Notes under the pieces: generated by a model
What the model saw: the letters and a program-made list of their open reading frames with translations, nothing else
Database searches by the model: none
What the model was told of the DNA's origin: nothing
Assembly: GCA_030295235.1 (NCBI GenBank)
Contig: AP026127.1
Coordinates: forward strand, 620,001 to 684,000
Length of the DNA: 64,000 nt
Reading direction: 5' to 3'
Source: Fistulifera solaris
Lineage: Eukaryota
Shown here: positions 23,336 to 36,399 of the stretch, in pieces
Position numbering within the stretch: the first letter of the stretch is position 1
Layout of the letters: the number at the start of each line of letters is the position of its first letter
Translations under genes and position numbers: made by a program

Positions 23336-24173
23336 AACTCTTCTCCGACTGACTAGAGACGCTAATGCGCTACGATAATACCTGTTAAAAATTAAGTTAC
23401 ACTTCTCGTGGATGTTCAACGGTACAGTGATCGTTACAGCGATGAGCTTGTTTTGACGAGATAATGCGAAAATGATGGATGAACAAAATGATCAACCATC
23501 TAGAGTTTTTGCTTTCAACCTTACGATGCTTCGTAGTTTTATTAAATTATTGACAAATACAACACTTTTTAGCTGCAAGGAAGCTTTTTGTCAGCAAGCT
23601 TTTGAACCAACTAAATTCTGTGCTCTAGAATCCTCGTAACTTAAGATTACTCCGGAGCGCTCTGTCGGTAACTTAAGTTGGTAGTTGCAATGCTTATTGA
23701 TAACTGGTACGTGATGGTATGATAAAACATCGAATATCGAATATTGTATATCCTTTAACATACTGTTTTTCGGAAGACTATGATGTGAGGCCTTTGTAAG
23801 ATATTGTAAAAACCCTTGAGGCAAGCTGAAAATGTATACGGATTCCGGATGGTAGATACCGGGACTGGAGTTGAGTCGTTAGTCGATGAGAAGTTTCAAA
23901 CTACTCGGAGTACCTAATACTATAGGGTCTACTGCATTTATTTTTTAGAGGCTTAGCAACTAAAAGTGAAACGTGTTTAAGGTTTAAGTGCCACGCGCTC
24001 GAGAAAGAATGTCCGACCTCGTCCGCAGTTTTACTGTATGCGCAAATAACGAAACGGACGGAACAAAAGAACGACGATCGACCGAAAGCATCAACAAAAT
24101 AAAACCACGACAGAGTTGATTGCGAACTTTCACATCCCTGTTTCTAATTTTCATTAGAAAGAAAATAACAACA

Positions 24174-24843
24174 ATGCAGACAAATCTGGATAAGTCACAA
24201 TACTATGCGCACCCGCCGTATTTGTACCGATGCCCTTTGAGTGGAAAGTTGATGGAAGGTACGCGCCGAATTTGTTTCACGATCGAGTCCGTTGGAGAAA
24301 CATTTACTCACTTTTGCTGCATCTCTAGAACCTGTAACGGATCCGTGCGCTCACAATTTCGATCGAGAAGCAATCACAACTTATCTGGATAGTCACCATC
24401 GCTGCCCTATTTCAAAGAAGCCTCTGAGCCCGAGTGCGCTGCGACCAAATCATGCATTAGCCGAACAAATAGAACGGTGGAAGTTTCACAAAGACCACGA
24501 CGGATTAGTGCGAGAGATTGTCGAAGAAGACCCAACATCAGCCTTGTCAGAAGATGAAGAGTTCGACGATATAGTCATTCAAATGGAGCGAGGGACTCAG
24601 CGAAAGACACGACAAGGGAAACATCACCAGAAAACTTACTATTACGATGAAATTCCGCCGGAGCTCATGCTCTTGCCCCAAGAACGTCAAATTTTAGCAA
24701 GTGTGAGAAACAAAGTGGCGACCACAAGATCTATTGCGCAGAAACAGCGTTGCTATCGAACAACGTGCACATTGATAGGCGTTCTCATTGTTTGTGCCGG
24801 GGCGCTAATTACATGGAAGTCATTCTCGGGCGACGACGAATAG
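24174..24843 (+). CDS. U-box protein with C-terminal transmembrane anchor; intron at about 24259-24328
   Basis: Exon 1 PPYLYRCPLSGKLME joins exon 2 PVTDPCAHNFDREAI...CPISKKPL...LRPNHALAEQIERW. C-terminal TM LIGVLIVCAGALITW. Confidence 0.85.
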
Positions 24844-25179
24844 TAGTGCCAAGCTCTTCGTTTGAAGGCGTGCTCCAAGTGGAACCTATGCAGTTTTTCC
24901 AATGATTTGTTCTCACTTTGCAACGGCAACGGCAACCTGTTAACTCCTTTTCGCGGATGATTGCTATCCTAAGAGTTCATCTCTGTAATGACACAACTTT
25001 GTATACTAGCATAAAACCTGATTTTCTATTATCCAATGGTCGGTGCGTATATGTTATTCATTGCATGTGGAGGAGTGAAGCCTACGGGCGAAATTTTTAT
25101 TGTTTTTTTAATGTGCATGGGTTGCAGAAAAAGTGAAGCCTTGGAAAGGGCGAGTGAGCTTAAATCCTTTTGGAGTTAC

Positions 25180-26262
25180 TTACTCTTCAATACCTTGAGG
25201 GAGAAGCAAAAGGGATTGAACGGTAACACTTGGGTCCACCATGTTGATCAAGGCAGTCTCATGGATAAGAGAAGAATCGGAGCTCTGCGAAGTCCCATCT
25301 TCAGATACAATATTGCCTTCTGAGTAATGGTCGCAGGCATCGATTTCCTGGGTAGATACCGGTAGGTCGGGGAACATCGGTAGACTTGACTCTGGTAGAA
25401 TCGAAGGCTCCACATCAACCAGCCATTCCAATGGATCTTGACCTCCGAGTTCTTTGAAGTCGTAGGTCTGATGCTGTTCGCTCTTGAAGTCCGCTCCGTC
25501 AGACGTAGCAGGGAAACAGAAAGAATCAAGCTCGTGTGCATCGATTACCGATGCCGGAGAAAACGTATCCCATACGTTTTCAGTTTCAGTCGACACAGAA
25601 GATGCGTTGGAAACAAGAATAGGAAATGGGAGGCTGCGAGAAGAATAAACATTGTAAGCTTTGTAGGCAACCGTAAGGAAAATTCACAAGTTTTGAACTT
25701 ACACTTCCGTAGGAAGCTGGGATGGTAAAGCAGAAAGAGAAGACGACCGAGCGACTTTCTTTGGAAGTTTTGGTTTCTTCATACTTCGTGAAGGCAAGGA
25801 GGGAGGAAGACTCATTTTTCGCTTCGCAGACGGCTTGCTTGGCGAAGAAGGCGCCGCGTTGCCTTTATTGACGATATGACGCTCCATGCGTTGAAAGTAT
25901 TTTTGGGCGTGCGTCCGCACTTGAACAACCGTACGCGTCCCTATCATATTTGCAATTAGCTTCCACTGCTTTCCGTGCTTCTCAAGTCCTTCGAGAAAGA
26001 CTTGATGTTCCTGCTCGGTCCACCTACCAATCTTTTCTTTATCTGCAAGAGAAGACGAAGAAGACCCCCTTGGCGTGATCACAGCTCCTGAATCGTCCGC
26101 AAGAAAAGAGTCTGTGTTCAGCACTGATACTCGTAAGCCGTGTCCATCATCCGACTTGGGCAGAGGCATGCCGCACGGTTCGGGACCATCAGAAACGTCG
26201 GCCGTCTCAGGCAACGATACCGATTTACTTACGAAAACATTGACGGGAAAAGAGTTGTTCAT
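25180..26262 (-). CDS. Myb-like (SHAQKYF class, 1R-MYB) transcription factor; intron at about 25702-25634
   Basis: GRWTEQEHQVFLEGLEKHGKQWKLIANMIGTRTVVQVRTHAQKYF. Confidence 0.92.
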
Positions 26263-27099
26263 TGTTTTAACAGGGGAAATGAGAGCGAGGAAGCTATAGC
26301 AATAGAAAAAGGATTCTGGAGCAACGATTTATCGCGAAAGGGTGTGGCAGATCGCCTTGGAAATGTTTCACGTCGTGCGAGATGTCAACCACTATCGATG
26401 GAGAGTGTGCGCCACCAAAAAACATCTGGCCGGAACACGGAAAGCATCTGCCTCGCCTTCACTTTGGATCTACAGTGTAATCGTAGTGGTATTCTGCGAG
26501 GTATTTCTGAGCCAACCAAGGACTACACTGGTGAAAACTGTAGGCGTGCAATTGCGAACGGAAAGGATGCTGAAAGGTCAGTGAAAGGTCTACCTAAACA
26601 AACGTAAAAAGGACAGCGAAAGAAGGGTAATCAACGAACGGTATTGAACAATTTTCTGTTTTCTATTTAAAGGATCTTTCTGATTTTATAAACTGCAGCG
26701 AATTGCGATTCATTCTAACTTGAGGTTTCTGAGTTCCTACAATTTCATCATATTCTTGTTAATGACGTGAAAAACAATATCGGCCGAAATGTAGCCGCTA
26801 GTTTGGTCCAATTAGATCGCAGCATACTTAGTCACGATAACACATGATTGAAGTAATGTGTTCAATTTCGTTTCATCGTCTATCATAGGGATTATTGACA
26901 GTTAAAAAGAAATAAGGAGCACATTTTCTACACGCCTTACTTGAGCTCAATCGCGTATCATGTCTCGGTCTTCCCAACGGAAACTGTGAGCTTGAAACGG
27001 ACAAACTTGAAAGGCGCGTCTCGTTATAGATTATCCAGCGTCTTAAAAATTTGGCGTTCTTTTGGAGACCCTTAGTCTTTAGATACTCAAAATCAACGC

Positions 27100-30000
27100 T
27101 GTCTTATGATTTGATCATGCATAAACAAGAAATTCCTTGTCAAAGCGTGACATAGCTCGTTCAAGCTCTTGGTTACTTTGACTCGGAAGGAATGCTAAGC
27201 AGCACTGATGGTGTGTTTCGTCGGCTTTCCAATTATGACCTTGCGCATTTCCGACGAGCGAATCGAAGTGTTGCGATTGTTTCCTCGGAATCTTCTTCGT
27301 TGTTGGAAACGCATGCGATTAGTTGGACTTTAGTATCAGATTCGAGACTATCAAGCAGCAGATGAGTGAGGCGTGCTGTTGCGGTAAGGCACCGAACGAG
27401 CGAAATGAATTCTTGCCGTCAACGACCTCAGAAAGCGTCTCGATAGAGCGATGAGCGAATCGCAAGCCTTTACTTAAATATCGGCTGTTCGTTGATATAG
27501 GATTGTCGTCTCCCGCATTCGATGAGGTGGAAATTAAGTCGGAACCGGCAAGGTCGACGAATTGTAGCTTCCCTCTGCTTCCAAGACCGGTTGCAATATT
27601 GATTGAATGTACGTGAATGGTGGCAATAATGTGACTTGATGATTCGTGCTCAGCGACATTGGTGCCAAGTTCCATCAGCTTTTTCACTCTGGCTTTAACA
27701 CAACATGAGCAAATAGAGCAAAAGTCCACAAAACTTTCAACCCATAGCGATACAGCGCCTTGAACGACGGTCTCGCCGTGTACGTCTGTGCGTATTTCAA
27801 GCTTAACTTGTCGTCCTGAACTATTGGCGTCTTCTTGGTCGTCACGAATTGCTTTTTGGTTCGTTTTACTAGCACTGTTTTCAGCTGTGATTATTTTCCC
27901 CCTATTGTCACCGGCTGGCGTTCCGACAAGTAAGTCACATAATCTTTCGTTGTGCACCTCAATAATGCTCAGAGTGAAGGTGTCCTTGTAGCGATCACTT
28001 CTTTCACTTGAAATATCAAAAACTGTTTCATACTTCTAAACTGTAGGCCGTGGTTCTCGATAGTAAGCTCACCGTCCACGAACCACGGGCGTCACCAAGT
28101 ATCGTGTGAGTCTTCCCACTACCTGTTGATCCATAACAAATAGTGCAAACATTGAAACCATCGAGAGCACTCAAACACACTTCTTCCATCTCTTCGTAGA
28201 TGTCTTGCTGACTGGTTGAAGTATCGAAAACTCGATCATATTCAAAGCAAAGAGGGCTTGAATCTTTTCTCACGGTCACCGTGTCTTGTGATGGAAAAGA
28301 CAACAATCCTTCGCCATTGCTTGGGGCTCGCGGCCTGCAGTAGACGCCGAACGGAACCTCGAAAGTCTTGTACTTCGTGGAGAAGTTTGCGCCCGCCGCT
28401 GATTCCACGGCAAGCTTATCCACGAAGTCGACTCACTTCATTCTTCTGTATTTCAACCACCTTCATCACCTGCTCTGCCCAAGGCAAGCTGTCCTTTGAA
28501 AGTTGAGCCAGCTCGTCTGCTGTAGTCTTTCGAAGAAGTTCAAATTGTCGCCGGAATAGTTCAGACTGGGCTTGGAGATTTCTCAGTTGCTCCGCTGATG
28601 GTTGATTGGACATCTGGCGCTGAATATGCATCAGGGTCGACGGCAGCCGCAGAAGAGAGCGGTAGCTTTTCTTCAGCTTTCTTCTTGCGACCAAAAGCCA
28701 TCTTTCTTTTCCCACTTGGCTTTTCGTTCGCCGCCGCCTCTGTCTCCTAGTTCTCTTGAAGCATTTCTAGCTCGAGTTCCAAAGCCCGGTTTCTGGCGAC
28801 CGCACCCTCGAGAGAGTCTTTCTGATGCTGATCATAGTTCTTGTAGCGCTGTGATATTGCTTCTAACTGAGACATTACAACCCGGGTTTCACTTTCAAAT
28901 CGCTCCCTCGATGGCCATTCTTTGAACCTCGGCCGCAGCTGCTCTTGTGTGTAGTTTTCCAGCCTCTTGTTCCGCTAAGCTCTGCTTGTTTTTTCCAAAA
29001 TTCGCGCACTTCTTCGTTCGGCTCTCAAGTCGCTCCTCCGCTAGTCGTTGCTTTGCCATGGCTTCGGCCGGATCGCTTTTGCGCCATCGCCGCTGCTTCT
29101 GCTGCTCGATGTGTGACTGTATTTTGCCACTCTTGGCTATTATTCTTTTCTGCACTCTGGATTGCCTGCTCGGCCACTTTCACTGCCCGCGCGGCTTCAG
29201 CTCGACTTTCCTTAAGTTCTGATCGAAGCTCATTGAGTGCATTGTGCAGCTCTTCGACCAATTCTTGATCGAATCCATGGCCTGTCAACGAAGAGACTAC
29301 TGATCCGTCGGCCGGACTCGATATTTTTGTACCGTCTGTGTTAACAGGGACGAGAGAAACAATTTTGGCCGACGAAGAATGAAGATTCGAAGAACTTTCA
29401 TGCATTTCAGATGACCGGTGCGAGGGAGGAGTGATGAGATGATTCTCCCTTGCCGTGTGCGCTAGCAGTCGATGGCGGCAGAGGCGGATAACCAGAATGA
29501 TCTCTGGTCAATTTCTTCGGCCCATCATCGGGCAAGCCATCCTTCACAAAATCAGAGTTATCTAGCTGATTTTCTCTCCGACTTTCCTCCAATGCTTCCA
29601 AAGGTAGACTCAAGAAAAGAGAAAATGCCTGGGCGCACTTGTCTCGGTCTGTCTGTGAGGGAGCTTCTATGTCCAGGGAAGGATGGACAGGATCGTCCGT
29701 AATGATCGAAAAGATGCGATTTGCAGGACAAGTACTTCGTCTGGCTTTATCAGTAGTCTTTCCTTTCCGAATAGCAATAATTCTGTCAAGAGGCATTTGT
29801 ATATCTTTTTTCTTTCCCCAAACGAGCACTTTTGTTCCTGGTTCAAGCTGCGACGTCAAAGAATAGGACGAAGCTGTGGCTTTGCCAGTTGAATTACCCA
29901 TAGACCATCGTCGACCACGGCTTCCACTCGTGTCACTACGGTTACCACTCAAACAGATATCCGTCAAATCTTCAACTCTGACACACTTGACGTATCGTAA

Positions 30001-30519
30001 GCTGGACTTGCCGTACTGGTTGATTTTTCGGATAGCGACTCCCATGCTGTCGTCGCACAATTTTTGTACAAAGAGTGCTTGCTCCTGGTCCATGGCCCCT
30101 TTCTTAGACCCTTCCGGAATATCCTTTTGATCCGAACTACCAGCAAACGACGAAGCTCCGCGAACGTCTGTAATAGGAGGCCGTAGTTTGCTCATGCTGC
30201 CGTCCGAGGCGTCCTTCGCAAACTGCTGGGTTTCTTTGTTTATATTCGACGCGCCAGTCTTTTCGCGATGGGTACTGCTGCTATCCGACATACCAGAGGG
30301 CGGAAGAGCTTTATTCTTGGTTGGTCGATTAGCAGCGCGGGTCTCTGGTTTAGAATTCTTGTTAAAGGCGTCGGCATTCTGAACTCCGGGCTGAGGTGGG
30401 CTCACCAATTCATTTGAGTTAGAACTGTGGCTGTTAGAATAAGTTGATCTGTTTCCTTCGCCGATCAAAGCGGATCGTCGCACTTTGTTTTCAGGTAACG
30501 TTACTGTCATGTTCATCAT
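27100..30519 (-). CDS. Kinesin-14-like protein: N-terminal PH-like domain, coiled coil, C-terminal motor; split by several apparent frameshifts, 3' end approximate
   Basis: ORF fragments in order give a PH-like region (KINQYGK...IAIRKGK...FSII...LDIEA), coiled coil, VYCRPR, FEYDRVF, P-loop YGSTGSGKTHT and GKLQFVDLAGSD. Confidence 0.75.
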
Positions 30520-31161
30520 GATTATTATGGATCAGGGCTGACGAGCGGCTGCCTTTCCAGTTTGCGTATTGTCTCGTGATCTAAGTTTGATAGTCGTCGA
30601 CGCTCAATGAAGACAACGGTTCAAACGAAAAGAGCTCCGGTTTGGGTCTTGTTACAAAAAAAACCTTTTACTTTTGTCGGTGATTACCATTTATGAAGGA
30701 AACGCCACGAAGATCAACAATGCTGCTGTTATGTTGTTGTCGATGAGCCTGCAGCCTGCACGGAGTAATTGAGAGTTGAGAGGAAAGAGTACTACAGTAG
30801 AACGGACACTTCAGTACCGAGCCATATATTTTATACGTCTCAAAGTAGCAAGAAACAAAATACGGTACCCATACTTAGCACAACCATTTTTATCAGTGCC
30901 TAAGTAACGGTTCTCTACGACCTACGACCTACGACTGGACTTGTGTGCGCAACGGAAATTCAAACTGACTAAAAAATCAGCATTCTACAAGATGTACTCG
31001 ATGACTGATTGATTGATTATTGATTCACGATCATGCAGTTATTTCCCCCTACCACCTACCAGGTATTATTCGTCGACGACGCTACCTTCATGCAAGGTCA
31101 GCATGAGGTAGTAGTATTGACAATCAACAAGCTAATATAGAAAGATACAAGCTCCGACGAC

Positions 31162-33218
31162 ATGACATCTCAGTGTTCTTCCCTCGAGAGGGATCTCGTT
31201 GACTACCAACCACGGCCGTTTCAGAACTCAAATATGCTCGTTCTGGGTCGAAGGGGAGTTCCGCGGTTCGGCTTTCCGTCGGGCATCGAAAAGACAGTTA
31301 ATGGGAACGTTGACGAGGCCGCGAGTTATCTCACCGGGGTTGTGGTCTGTTCCCTCTGTATCTTTTCCTTCTTTCTATGTTGGGTGATTGCTCTGATCGT
31401 ATTGCGATGTCTCGGTCCCAGGAGAGTTGGAATTTACTCAGGAGTGAGGCTTCCTCTTCCGAAACGCCCTGAACCAGCGGAAACGTATGTTTCTGAGATA
31501 ATAGCAAATGATCATGAAATCATTGAACGCGAGTCCTACGAAAGAATTCAATGTAACACGGAGCTTACAGAACAGGCAAAGGCTACTTCAGCGGAAGAGA
31601 GTATTGATGACGAAATAAATGAAACTGCATCAACTGATCAGCACGGGGGGAGATGTCAGCTTGATTCCGAGTCAAATCTAGAACACAATGATACAATTCT
31701 GACCAAGAGGTGGACAGAATGGGAACTCAGCGTCAAACAGCACAAACAACAACTTAACAGAATCCGCATTACCGTTCTCATTTGCGGCTCGCTGGTCGTT
31801 GTTTCGGTTTTAACGATGGTCATCGCAGGAATCATGAACCTAAGCGATGCGAGTAAAGCGATGACCGAAGGGCTGAATAAAGCTAGAAACATTGCCTTGA
31901 GCGGTGCTATTCTGATTGAAGACTTTTTAAGAAATCAGAACCTCCTCACTCGCAATATACAGTCCTATCGAGCTACAATGAATGGGTTCTGCCCACAGGT
32001 AGCGGAAACGGTGTGCGAGCAACTCAGCCCGATTTCAAACTGCAATTTCACCAGATTCTCGGAAAGTATTCGAGTCTTTCTTTGGGACATTTTCATTGAC
32101 TTGCGTACATATACGTTCTTTGAGTTGACATCCATTCAGAATGACCTGGTGAAAGCCGCCGACAGTATGAGCAGTATAAAACAGAATGTTAATGGATTCA
32201 CGTGGGCCTTTTGGACAGCGTGCGTATGGGCCTTACTGCTCATGATCTTCACCATGTTCCTGATGTACGGAGTGGTTCTGGCATGGCGCGAGGAACGTCG
32301 ACAAAGTTTCTTGCAATGTGTTGTGACGATGATGCACCACTGGTTAGTCGTCCCGTTCTACATTTTCTTCGTGTTTTTGACATGGGTCTTTTCAATGATT
32401 TTTGTGATCGGAACAGTTGTGACAGCTGACTTTTGCTTTGATTCTCCGGATAGTAAGATTCTTGTAAGTGATCTGAGCGCACTGTGGTACTTCGTGTCCT
32501 TTCCCCTGATTTTGTTGAAAGACTACGATTGACGCAAAGCGAGAGAGTTTTTCCGAATTAGGAGTTGAGTTTGCTACCTACTACGTGAGCGGTTGTCCTG
32601 AGAGTGGGCTGCCGAACGAGATGAAGCGCAAAAGTGATCTGTTAATCCACTTCCTGCTAAAGGTTAGTGAGTTCGGGGCAGCACTCCAGTCCGATGAGGT
32701 CATTGAGATTTGTGGTGACACCAGTCGTTATAGAGGAGTCGGGGCTTCACTCGAAGCCGCAACATGCAATCTCGCGAATACTTTATTGGACGTAAGTGTA
32801 GCTGGCTATCAATATCAAGCCTCAACAACGATCTTAACCATGCAAATGCTGCCTTATTGACTCTATCCAGGTTCAAGACTATTTTGCTTGCCAAAATTTT
32901 CATCCCGTTTATGAGGCTACCGTCTATGAAGCGCTTTGCTACGAAGCTAATCGAGGCCTTACATGGGTCGCATTCACTCAAATACTCATCGTATTTTTCA
33001 GTATGATTATGTTGATGCTCAGAGTCGCATTTGTGGAAGTCCATGAAGAGAACATGACGGCAAACACAAATAGTACATGGAATCGTCTTGTCAAACTTTT
33101 TTGTCAAAAACGGCAAAAAACTTTTAACGAGGAAACGAGCCACGAAAAGGTATATGAAGCTAATCCGAATGAAATTGAAACTTCAAAGGTCCTTGATGAT
33201 TGGAATCCAGATGGTTGA
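31162..33218 (+). CDS. Multi-pass membrane protein with Cys-containing luminal loops (loosely Tweety-like); introns near 32464 and 32792
   Basis: About 5 hydrophobic segments. ADFCFDSPD motif. GTAAGT donors at about 32464 and 32792 join the downstream ORF pieces. Confidence 0.6.
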
Positions 33219-33466
33219 CACAGGTTGAGCTGAATTTATACGTTGCACGTGCTGGGTATAATAAGAATGAATTTTGTGCGATAACAAAAGTGATGACCGC
33301 TTGAAATACAATGCAAAATACACCATAGAGTTGGATGTCACCAGATACCGGCTTTAAGTGTGTTTGAGAATCACGGCAGTGTTAGCAGTTTCCTCTGGGC
33401 GGTGCGAAAGAAGGGCCGCACATCGTACAATGAAAGGCTTGGTAAATACTTTCTATGAAAGGCAAC

Positions 33467-34309
33467 TTACACATTAACTCGATACCAGCTCCAACTTCCT
33501 TTCTCATCTCGCTCATTTCTCTGTCTGTACAAATTTTGTAACCGTAGATACTCGACAAAGTGCGGAGTTAGAAGTAGAAGAACAAACGTCTCAGGTGGGG
33601 GCAAGATTGTGCCATCCAACTCGGATCGGCCGCCTCTCTGGACGATCGATTCACCTTCATAAGGCTCACCCGACAGCTTATCTCGGAAAAAGGCTTCTCT
33701 TCCAACATCCGTAAGTCGTTCCCATTTCTTCAAACGAGCTTCCTGAAGAACCCCAGATGCTGTATTATCCACAATTAATAGATCACCTCTTATCCGATAC
33801 TGTTCTGTCAAATTCCCAAACCACCAATGCACCTCAGCTTTTGGATTCTCTCGTATTTGTTGTATTTTATCGGATCGAGCGTCCGCTACCATAGTCAAAA
33901 TTGTTGACAATTGCTCGCCGCATTCATTCTTCAGTAAATGATCGTGGGGTAAATCCAGAAATCCTCGAAAGACAATCGATCGGCATCTTGGTTCGTTTGT
34001 TGTGCCGTCCACAGTTGCTAGCTGCAAGTATTGAAAGCCTTGAATCTCTTGTGATTTAGCAATAGATCTTTCCAACCGTTCTCTCCACGATATCTCCACA
34101 TACGGGTCTGAGTCTTCCTTGTCGGCGAAAGTATTTCCAATATCCGCTAGTCCGACGGCATCAAATCTATTGTCGTCGGTAGATTCTTGAAGTCCGCTGC
34201 CAGTCATCAACGCCCGTTTCACCGTCGGTAACCGAAAGCTACTGCCAAAGCTAAAGAGATAGATCCACAAGTATAAGCAACTTACAAGAGGCTTCATCAT
34301 GTTTATCAT
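33467..34309 (-). CDS. Pyridoxamine 5'-phosphate oxidase-like FMN-binding protein, probably plastid-targeted
   Basis: Leader ...SFGSS-F. YLQLATVD..PRCRSIVFRGF, DARSDKIQQI..NPKAEVHWWF..EQYRIRG, FVLLLLTP..VEYLRL. Confidence 0.85.
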   Translation of the reverse strand: MINMMKPLVSCLYLWIYLFSFGSSFRLPTVKRALMTGSGLQESTDDNRFDAVGLADIGNTFADKEDSDPYVEISWRERLERSIAKSQEIQGFQYLQLATVDGTTNEPRCRSIVFRGFLDLPHDHLLKNECGEQLSTILTMVADARSDKIQQIRENPKAEVHWWFGNLTEQYRIRGDLLIVDNTASGVLQEARLKKWERLTDVGREAFFRDKLSGEPYEGESIVQRGGRSELDGTILPPPETFVLLLLTPHFVEYLRLQNLYRQRNERDEKGSWSWYRVNV

Positions 34310-34685
34310 AACATCTCTAACGTTCGGAGTAATTTTTCATCGTAAAAATATGATGGTATCCGGTCTCTCGCTCAAGGTTCAAGTTCTCCACGGGGCTGTT
34401 ATAGTGATGGGCTTCTTGTCAACAATAATAGACAACAAGAAGCGACGAACCAACTTATATTTGCTGTCCTGAACCAGCTGTACTTGAGGTTCTTCCTCAG
34501 GATGGAGTTCTTAGATGGAGTATGTCTATGACACATTCGAAAAACCGCAAGGAATGAAATGCAACGAGGAGTCCTAACTTCGAAGGTCATCCTCGCAACA
34601 AGAATAGTCAATTAACATTCGCGTACCAAATTTAGTTTGCTCGTTTTCTTCTACGTGTAAACTAAGAGGCAATCATGGCCGTACC

Positions 34686-35334
34686 TTACTTCTTGGCCGC
34701 GCGGCACTTCTGCCAGCAAGGCATATCGAAAAAGGTTGCACTCACCACACTCCCAAGGGTATTCCTTGCTACGAACGTTCATGTATTCCGGAAGCTCTCC
34801 TTCAAAACGATGAGGATGCTCATCAAAGAAGGCCGAGTAGAAGGCCGAGAGCAATACAATAGGGATACCAACGACAAAGGTAAGGTTGACCCATCGCCAC
34901 ATTTCGGCTACCTCTTCTTCAATGGGGTGCTCATGGAGCTTGGAGAGTTCTTTCTGATATTGCACGCGAGCACGGATCTGCTGAACAGCTTCGGCCTGCA
35001 TAGCGGCTTCGCTGTCCAATTTAGGGACCATGACAATCGAGCGACGTTGGGTGGTAGCCCGTAGGGCGGGCATGCCGCGGGCGGCAATGCGACTAGCGAC
35101 ACGAAGCGACTAATAAAATAAATCGATAAACGGTGTAAATGAGAAAAGACGAAACAGGGTGAGAACAAAGCAAAAGAATCAAACTTGTAAGATGTACTTC
35201 GCCGCGGAAGGTTCGCTTTTTGACCGTCTAAAGGAACGAGCTTATATCCGACCTGCCGGCTTCGTTTGACCAGGCAATCGATTTTCGGCTTATACAAGTA
35301 CTTGTTTGATTTTTAAAATCACACAACTCACCAT
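34686..35334 (-). CDS. COX6A: Cytochrome c oxidase subunit 6A; ATG-only first exon, intron 35331-35110
   Basis: M|SLRVASRIAARGMPALR presequence. EMWRWVNLTFVVGIP TM. PEYMNVRSKEYPW. Removing one T from a homopolymer gives CNLFDMPCWQKCRAAKK*. Confidence 0.85.
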
Positions 35335-35789
35335 GATCGACAATGGAAACGTATTATCAACGCAACAGAGTACCAGGTATATGTCTTTTGATGCGGTCGC
35401 TGCTTGCTGCTGCTGGCATCTTTTGTTTACTGTCTTGCGCTTTCAAAGTGGTGACGTAACAACATACCGATACGACACGCAAACCGGGAAAACATTTCAA
35501 ATCTGACCGTAACTCAATTACATTCTACTTTTTAAAAATATAGCTGAAAACCGTACCGACAGATCCGTTAGATTCGATCGGCATCTCGTTTGCGTGTCTC
35601 TTCACCGCAGCAACAATCTTGTGAAATTAGTGTCGGCCAAACTGTAGCATGGTAATGCGTCCCAAACAAATGCCCGTTGAGAGAGGAGAGCAGCAGCTCA
35701 GCACGAGTTACAAAACCATTGCTTTCATTGTGATCGATCCTATCTCTATTTGATTATTATATTTATTTACCCTCTTTGTTACTTAAAAG

Positions 35790-36399
35790 ATGTCGGAAGA
35801 AGACAACTACTTCGCAATGCCTGCTGGGGACGATTTCGCTCAACCAGTAGATAATGAAGGTGAAGCACCGATTATTTTAGGCGGTCCTCCGGAGGAAGAT
35901 GCGGCTTTCGTCGGGGATGTCGACCAAGTCGGAGAAGAACCTCAATTCGAAGATAATGCTGTATTCTTGATGCCTTCTGGATCGGGGGGATTATATGGGT
36001 GGAGAAGAAACGCCGGCGCCCGAGTCCAGTGCCTTGACGACTACGCCTTCCGCTATGCAAAAGTGGAACGAGGAGTGGCAGGAGACTTTGAAGGTGCGAA
36101 AGGAAGAGGAGAATGCTCGTAAGGCGGAATTGGTCGAGCAAGCGCGTATCGATCTGGAGAACTTCCGTGCGGAACGCGAACAAAAGCGTGAAACTCGCAT
36201 GGCCGCAAACCGAACGGAGGAGCAAGAGAAGTTGGAAGCCATTGAAGCTGATCTAGAAAACGATAACTCGTGGCAACGTGTCTGCAAGCTGGTCGATATG
36301 TCTCACGACAACAAGACCGCTGCTGAGGATGTCAAGCGCATGCGCGATGTCATGATTTTGCTGAAGAACGAGCCAGCCCGAGCCACTACCTTGGTTTAA
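35790..36399 (+). CDS. CLC: Clathrin light chain; apparent frameshift near 35985
   Basis: Acidic N-terminus, then AMQKWNEEW...LKVRKEEE...AR..LENF and NSWQRVCKLVD...DVKRMRDVMILLK. Confidence 0.85.

Noticed and set aside
30915..31060. Short microsatellites (CTACGAC x3, GATT repeats); also AGCCAAC x3 near 53115
   Set aside because: Ordinary simple repeats of a few units with no further structure.
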